DNA of 63,913 bases, filler included. It is 6 parts of 6 records of this genome, joined end to end, with 100 filler letters (N's around TTAATTAATTAA, not from the genome) between each part and the next. Parts side by side here need not be neighbours in the genome. Positions count along the whole stretch, not along the records: positions 48,741 to 63,913 come from SRR20825010_6348; 5 more parts are not named here. The stretch is one strand, 5' to 3'. Under the pieces are notes generated by a model. It ran no database searches. It was not told where the DNA came from and saw nothing but the letters and a program-made list of their open reading frames with translations. This document shows positions 59,883-63,913 of the stretch, one piece after another (the stretch's first letter is position 1; each line of letters opens with the position of its first letter). The translations under genes and the position numbers were made by a program.

Positions 59883-60110
59883 GGGTGAGAGTGTAACCGA
59901 ACACACCGAAATACCAGACCAGAATTGGTGCTGATTGGTGTCCGACCGAGATCAGATTGCCGGCGTGAGTAGGACGATGCTGCCAGAGACGGAATCTAGT
60001 TCTGACTTCGCGTGCGGGTGGCTCAGGCAGAATCAATCTGCAGAGCGGGCCACGAAGTGATCGTCGAAGCGGCGGCGAGGGAGTGCGCGGCGGAAAAGCG
60101 AGGGGTAACG

Positions 60111-60144
60111 AAAAAGCCCCGGTCGCGGGAGACCGGGGCTTTCT
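60111..60144 (-). terminator. Intrinsic terminator, possibly bidirectional
   Basis: AAAAAGCCCCGGTC-GCGGGA-GACCGGGGCTTT. Confidence 0.85.
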
Positions 60145-60223
60145 GGGTCGTTCGTTGTGGGAGTCGATGGTTGCGAGCACCTGGCCTCTATCTGGGCGGG
60201 CTGGCATTTTCGATCGGTCGAAC

Positions 60224-60448
60224 TTATTCGCGAGGGCGGATCGCGCCCGTCAAACCGCTGTAATCAACGCGGTCAGTCGTGTGCCAAAGGGGCTGGCCCA
60301 ATTCAACGCGACGACGCAGCACTTCAATTTTCTCTTGGCTGCCTGCAGGTGCATCCGTCGCAGTGAACATCTCATCTTCGTTTGGCACGAAATCTTCATC
60401 GTGGCCGTAACGCAAGATTGCTTCGAATACGTTTTTGCAATGAGTCAT
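60224..60448 (-). CDS. Small hypothetical protein (74 aa)
   Basis: TDAPAGSQEKIEVLRRRVELGQPLWH; has its own terminator; resembles small planctomycete proteins from recollection, unverified. Confidence 0.7.
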   Translation of the reverse strand: MTHCKNVFEAILRYGHDEDFVPNEDEMFTATDAPAGSQEKIEVLRRRVELGQPLWHTTDRVDYSGLTGAIRPRE

Positions 60449-60712
60449 ACTATTCCGATTTTCTTCAGGGGGTCAGGAGCCATCCAAGCGACCTGGACAC
60501 CGCGTACAAACATTCGCCTTCAACCAAGTCCGTTCGCTGAAAGCATTTCACACGAAGGGATTATTCGTGTGGAACGGCGTGGGTCAAGAAAATTCTGGAG
60601 GGGGCTTGCTCTTCCCAGCCATTCCGGCGTGTCCCGCGACGATCATCCATGACCCTAACGAAGAGGCTGGGTTTGCCGGTCGCGAATCCATCGACTTTCT
60701 GATTCGCGAATT

Positions 60713-60766
60713 ATGAAGGTTTCAAGGGGGTTATCCCCAACCTAACAACTGCATGAAGGTTTCAAG
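60713..60766. repeat. 14-bp direct repeat ATGAAGGTTTCAAG x2, 40-bp period
   Basis: Copies at 60713-60726 and 60753-60766, each with an internal TGAA-N3-TTCA dyad. Confidence 0.7.
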
Positions 60767-60920
60767 AAGGCACTTGGACGGGTTGTTATGAAACCGGTTC
60801 CGTCGTCAGAATGAAGCGTTCCAACGGTTCTCGGCTCAGTAACGGTACAAACGTCACCACTCGATTGAGCCGCAAAAAAGTTTCAGAATATTTCTCTTCT
60901 TTCTCTTGGTAGCTTCCCAA

Positions 60921-61355
60921 ATGTCGTACTGGATGCAGCGTGAACTGACAATTCCAGCCGTTCGTCGTGGATTTCACCTGGTCACGCGGCCGATTCTGCA
61001 AGCCATTCCGGAACTGGCGGAGATCGAGGTTGGGTTGTTGCACGTTTTTATCCAGCACACCAGTGCATCGCTGACGATCAATGAAAACGCCGATCCGGAC
61101 GTGCGAGTCGATTTCGAAACGGCGATGAATCACGCGGTGCCTGAATCGCTTCCCTATGTTCACACCTTGGAAGGTCCCGATGACATGCCCGCTCACGTGA
61201 AAGCATCGATGATGGGCAGCAGCGTCAGCGTTCCAGTGCGAGATGGACGCTTGAACGTGGGAACTTGGCAGGGGATTTATCTGTGCGAGCATCGCGATCG
61301 AGCCTCCTCGCGACATCTCGTTTTGACACTGCAAGGCAAACGGTCCGACACTTAG
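60921..61355 (+). CDS. yjbQ: YjbQ (UPF0047) family protein
   Basis: HTSASLTINENADPDV, EGPDDMPAH, GTWQGIYLCEHR. Confidence 0.92.
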   Translation: MSYWMQRELTIPAVRRGFHLVTRPILQAIPELAEIEVGLLHVFIQHTSASLTINENADPDVRVDFETAMNHAVPESLPYVHTLEGPDDMPAHVKASMMGSSVSVPVRDGRLNVGTWQGIYLCEHRDRASSRHLVLTLQGKRSDT

Positions 61356-61556
61356 TTCCCGTTTGCTGCTGAAGCGGCAAGCGTCCTGCAGACGCCGATT
61401 GGTTTTTCCTTGTCCGGGACGGACCGGCGTGATCCTGCCAGAAAGCAACGCCCAAACCATCGATCGCGACCCAGGCGATCAAAGCCAATTCAACTGATCC
61501 AATTCTGTTCAGTCGATTTTCGGCTGTAACTTGTCGGTCGCAACGCGACGGTGACC

Positions 61557-61943
61557 TCAATTGGATTCGGTCGCGAATTCTTGTAGTTCTTCCAGCGACG
61601 CGAATTCGAGTGCCGAGATATGGGTTGCTTCGAGGTGAACCTTTGGCGCCATTCCGGCATCGTAGGCCTCTTTCCACCGAGCGGCACAGAGGCACCAACG
61701 ATCGCCAGGTTTTAGACCGGGAAATTCGTACATCGGCATGGGCGTGCTGAGATCATTCCCGCGTGCCCGGCTGAATTCCAGGAAGTCGGCCGTCATTTCG
61801 GCGCACACGACGTGCAAACCGACATCCTGCCCGCCGGTGTTGCAACATCCGTCGCGGTAAAAGCCCGTCATTGGCTCCATGCTGCAAACCGCCAGATCGG
61901 ATCCCAGAACATTCTTCGCGTTAGAGCGTTTTGGCGTGGGCAT
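61557..61943 (-). CDS. DUF2237-family protein
   Basis: NVLG, PMTGFYRDGCC, GNDLSTP, GLKPGDRWCLCAARW. Confidence 0.9.
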   Translation of the reverse strand: MPTPKRSNAKNVLGSDLAVCSMEPMTGFYRDGCCNTGGQDVGLHVVCAEMTADFLEFSRARGNDLSTPMPMYEFPGLKPGDRWCLCAARWKEAYDAGMAPKVHLEATHISALEFASLEELQEFATESN

Positions 61944-62588
61944 GAGATGAATCCGTCAGGATGAATACGGGCATTGGTGAGACAGAAATCGCGTAGCGTA
62001 CCACCGCAATCGTGTCGCTCAGATCGGTTTCCATCAAGGGACGCTGATCAGGCCGTTTGAGTTCCCCAAATGGTGTTTTCAGTCAATTCCCCGGAAAACA
62101 GGGCGGATCAGCGAAAATGGGTGAGTTTGTCGATTGGGGGATGTGTCTGCCGAGAACCGTCCCGTTCAGTCAATTTGGTTCGGAATGGCAAAGCGTTCCG
62201 GTTGCAACGCTCCTAGCAGTCGATCGCATTCTTCGCTGAATCCGGCGCGACTTAGCCACCAATTGAGGGATTGCTACGTGGAAAGGAGTCCACCTCTGAC
62301 GATTCGAGTTGCGGAAGGAAGATCAAACCGAGCGATCGGTGGTCAACCAACTTCTCTCAATTCAGGTCCACCGTATTGAACCTTCGGCTGGGGTGTCGAG
62401 CAGAACCATTTGCTCAACTGATTGAGATCGAACTGACATCTCGTGAGTGCCTCCCAGCTGTTTGGGCCGGCAACTACTGGTCCAACTTGACTGTCATTTC
62501 GATCTTGGTCGGTCGCCTCTGTGGAAGACCCGATTTCGGCTAGGGCAGTTGCAATGAAGCACATTAGCGCACGCAGAAGGAGTCAGAG

Positions 62589-63913
62589 ATGAAATTCAAC
62601 GTCTTGCGAGCTGTCGCAGCCACCCTTTCCATGGGTGTATGCACGATCGCCTCGGCACAGTACGGACCTGGTCAATACGGCGGACAACCCTACGCTGGTC
62701 CAACCAGCCAGCTAGGTGTTCCTCAAACCCAAGCGGTTCAAACGTTTGGTGGTGGGAACTACCAACAACCCAACGCAGGCGGCTATCAAGCTCCTGCGAA
62801 GTGGAATAATTTCGGCAACCAAAACAACGGCCCGCAATTGTTCCAACCCGCCTCGACGGGATACGACAACCAGTTGCCGCCACCGGAATCCATTCCAACG
62901 CCGGCTCCGTCTTACAGCGAACAGTTGTCGGCTCCGATTCAACAGCACGCTGCTCCGGCTCAGCCAGCACCGTCCTACTCCGCTCCTGCGCCACCTGCGA
63001 CCGTGCATCAGCACTCGACGCACCAGCATTCGGCAGCTCCTGTTCAGCACTACTCGGCACCCGTTGAGTACAGCAGTGCACCCGCCGGCGACTGCCAAAC
63101 ATGTGCACAACCCAGCCCGTACATGCAAGCCGCTTCGCAACCTTGGGAAGGCGCTTCGTATGCCGCCCAATCTTGTGGCATGCCATCAGCCGCTCCAGTA
63201 CGAGCACCTTTGTTCCCATGGTTCGGTTCGTTTGACCTGTTGTTCTTCAACATGGACACAAACGGAAAGGATCGGAACATCGTTTCGCGTTATGACAACG
63301 CAGACCCAACTCGACCCTATTTGCCACTGATGGGCATCGGTTCGATCGAGCCTGACAGCTCGCTCGGCTACAGCCTCAGCTTCGGTCGCTACCTCGGTTG
63401 CGGTCAGTATGGTTTGGGCGTGACGTACTTCAATTGGGATCCAGATTCCGAGATGTACAACTCGCCGATCTACACGCCTGAGAACGCGACGCCAGGTGGC
63501 GGTGGTGGTGCTCTGCGTGCTTCGGGCATGCCACAGTACAACGGTGCTGTCATGAACTACCTGTATGACAACGGTGGTGGAGCATACAACGGCCTGGACA
63601 TCGATGGTGCGGGTGGATACGTCGACGACGGTAGTGACTATGCAACCGTCTACGACATCATCGACGGCCGTGCTGGTCAGGCTGCCTTGGATGGTGGTGA
63701 TGCCAACGCTGCTCCTGGTGGTGCTGGTACTGACTCACACGCAGAAGCAGTTCGCTTCCGTGCTCGTCGTGACGTCGATATCCAAGGTTTGGAAGTCAAC
63801 CTGTTCAGCTTCGGACTGATGGGTGCTCAACGTGCCTCGGCTGCTTCCTGCGGAACCGGCATGGGCATGGGCCACAAGCTGAAGAGCTTCATGGGCATGG
63901 GCGGATATGGCGG
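62589..63913 (+). CDS. Secreted / outer-membrane protein (BBP7-like), 3'-truncated; absent from the ORF track
   Basis: AGAAGGAG RBS; MKFNVLRAVAATLSMGVCTIASA signal; Q/P/A-rich region; WFGSFDLLFF, GYSLSFGRY, GLEVNL strand-like segments; no stop before the window end. Confidence 0.75.
   Translation, partial: MKFNVLRAVAATLSMGVCTIASAQYGPGQYGGQPYAGPTSQLGVPQTQAVQTFGGGNYQQPNAGGYQAPAKWNNFGNQNNGPQLFQPASTGYDNQLPPPESIPTPAPSYSEQLSAPIQQHAAPAQPAPSYSAPAPPATVHQHSTHQHSAAPVQHYSAPVEYSSAPAGDCQTCAQPSPYMQAASQPWEGASYAAQSCGMPSAAPVRAPLFPWFGSFDLLFFNMDTNGKDRNIVSRYDNADPTRPYLPLMGIGSIEPDSSLGYSLSFGRYLGCGQYGLGVTYFNWDPDSEMYNSPIYTPENATPGGGGGALRASGMPQYNGAVMNYLYDNGGGAYNGLDIDGAGGYVDDGSDYATVYDIIDGRAGQAALDGGDANAAPGGAGTDSHAEAVRFRARRDVDIQGLEVNLFSFGLMGAQRASAASCGTGMGMGHKLKSFMGMGGYG

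Noticed and set aside
60713..60824. Mini-CRISPR array
   Set aside because: Repeats are only 14 bp, with two exact copies, irregular later spacing and no cas genes

Overview
This window is not one locus. It holds six unrelated contigs joined by artificial 100-nt linkers (N44-TTAATTAATTAA-N44 at 5391-5490, 9384-9483, 19492-19591, 42252-42351 and 48641-48740). Taxon calls are inferences from gene content and composition. (1) 1-5390, planctomycete-like: DUF3309 and BON proteins, a frameshifted CheB-CheR-PAS fusion and a PAS sensor. (2) 5491-9383, alphaproteobacterium-like: a Liv-type ABC operon ending in a solitary ectC. (3) 9484-19491, alphaproteobacterial core block: accA, xerD, aroK, aroB, a CorC/HlyC protein, bolA, a J-domain protein and cobS. 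(4) 19592-42251, Alcanivorax-like gammaproteobacterium: rlmA, two GlyGly-CTERM trypsin-like proteases, an O-acyltransferase, a degenerate GGDEF protein, ppc, olsB/olsA, efpL, glpG, a TatT-containing TRAP system, an NYN protein and REP elements. (5) 42352-48640, catabolic cluster: AceE/AceF-type dehydrogenase, SDR, GntR, a 3-hydroxyacid dehydrogenase, a BKACE/DUF849 enzyme and a binding protein. (6) 48741-63913, Rhodopirellula-like: PVC-type heme protein, NRAMP-like transporter, DUF4130-UdgX fusion, U32/RlhA-like protein, YjbQ, DUF2237 and a truncated outer-membrane protein. I see no rRNA, tRNA, CRISPR array or transposase, and I cannot claim a demonstrably new system. The best leads are: the co-oriented degenerate-GGDEF / 24-bp hairpin / surface protease / O-acyltransferase module; the solitary ectC inside an ABC importer operon; the UdgX fusion without its usual radical-SAM neighbour; and the BKACE catabolic unit of unknown substrate.
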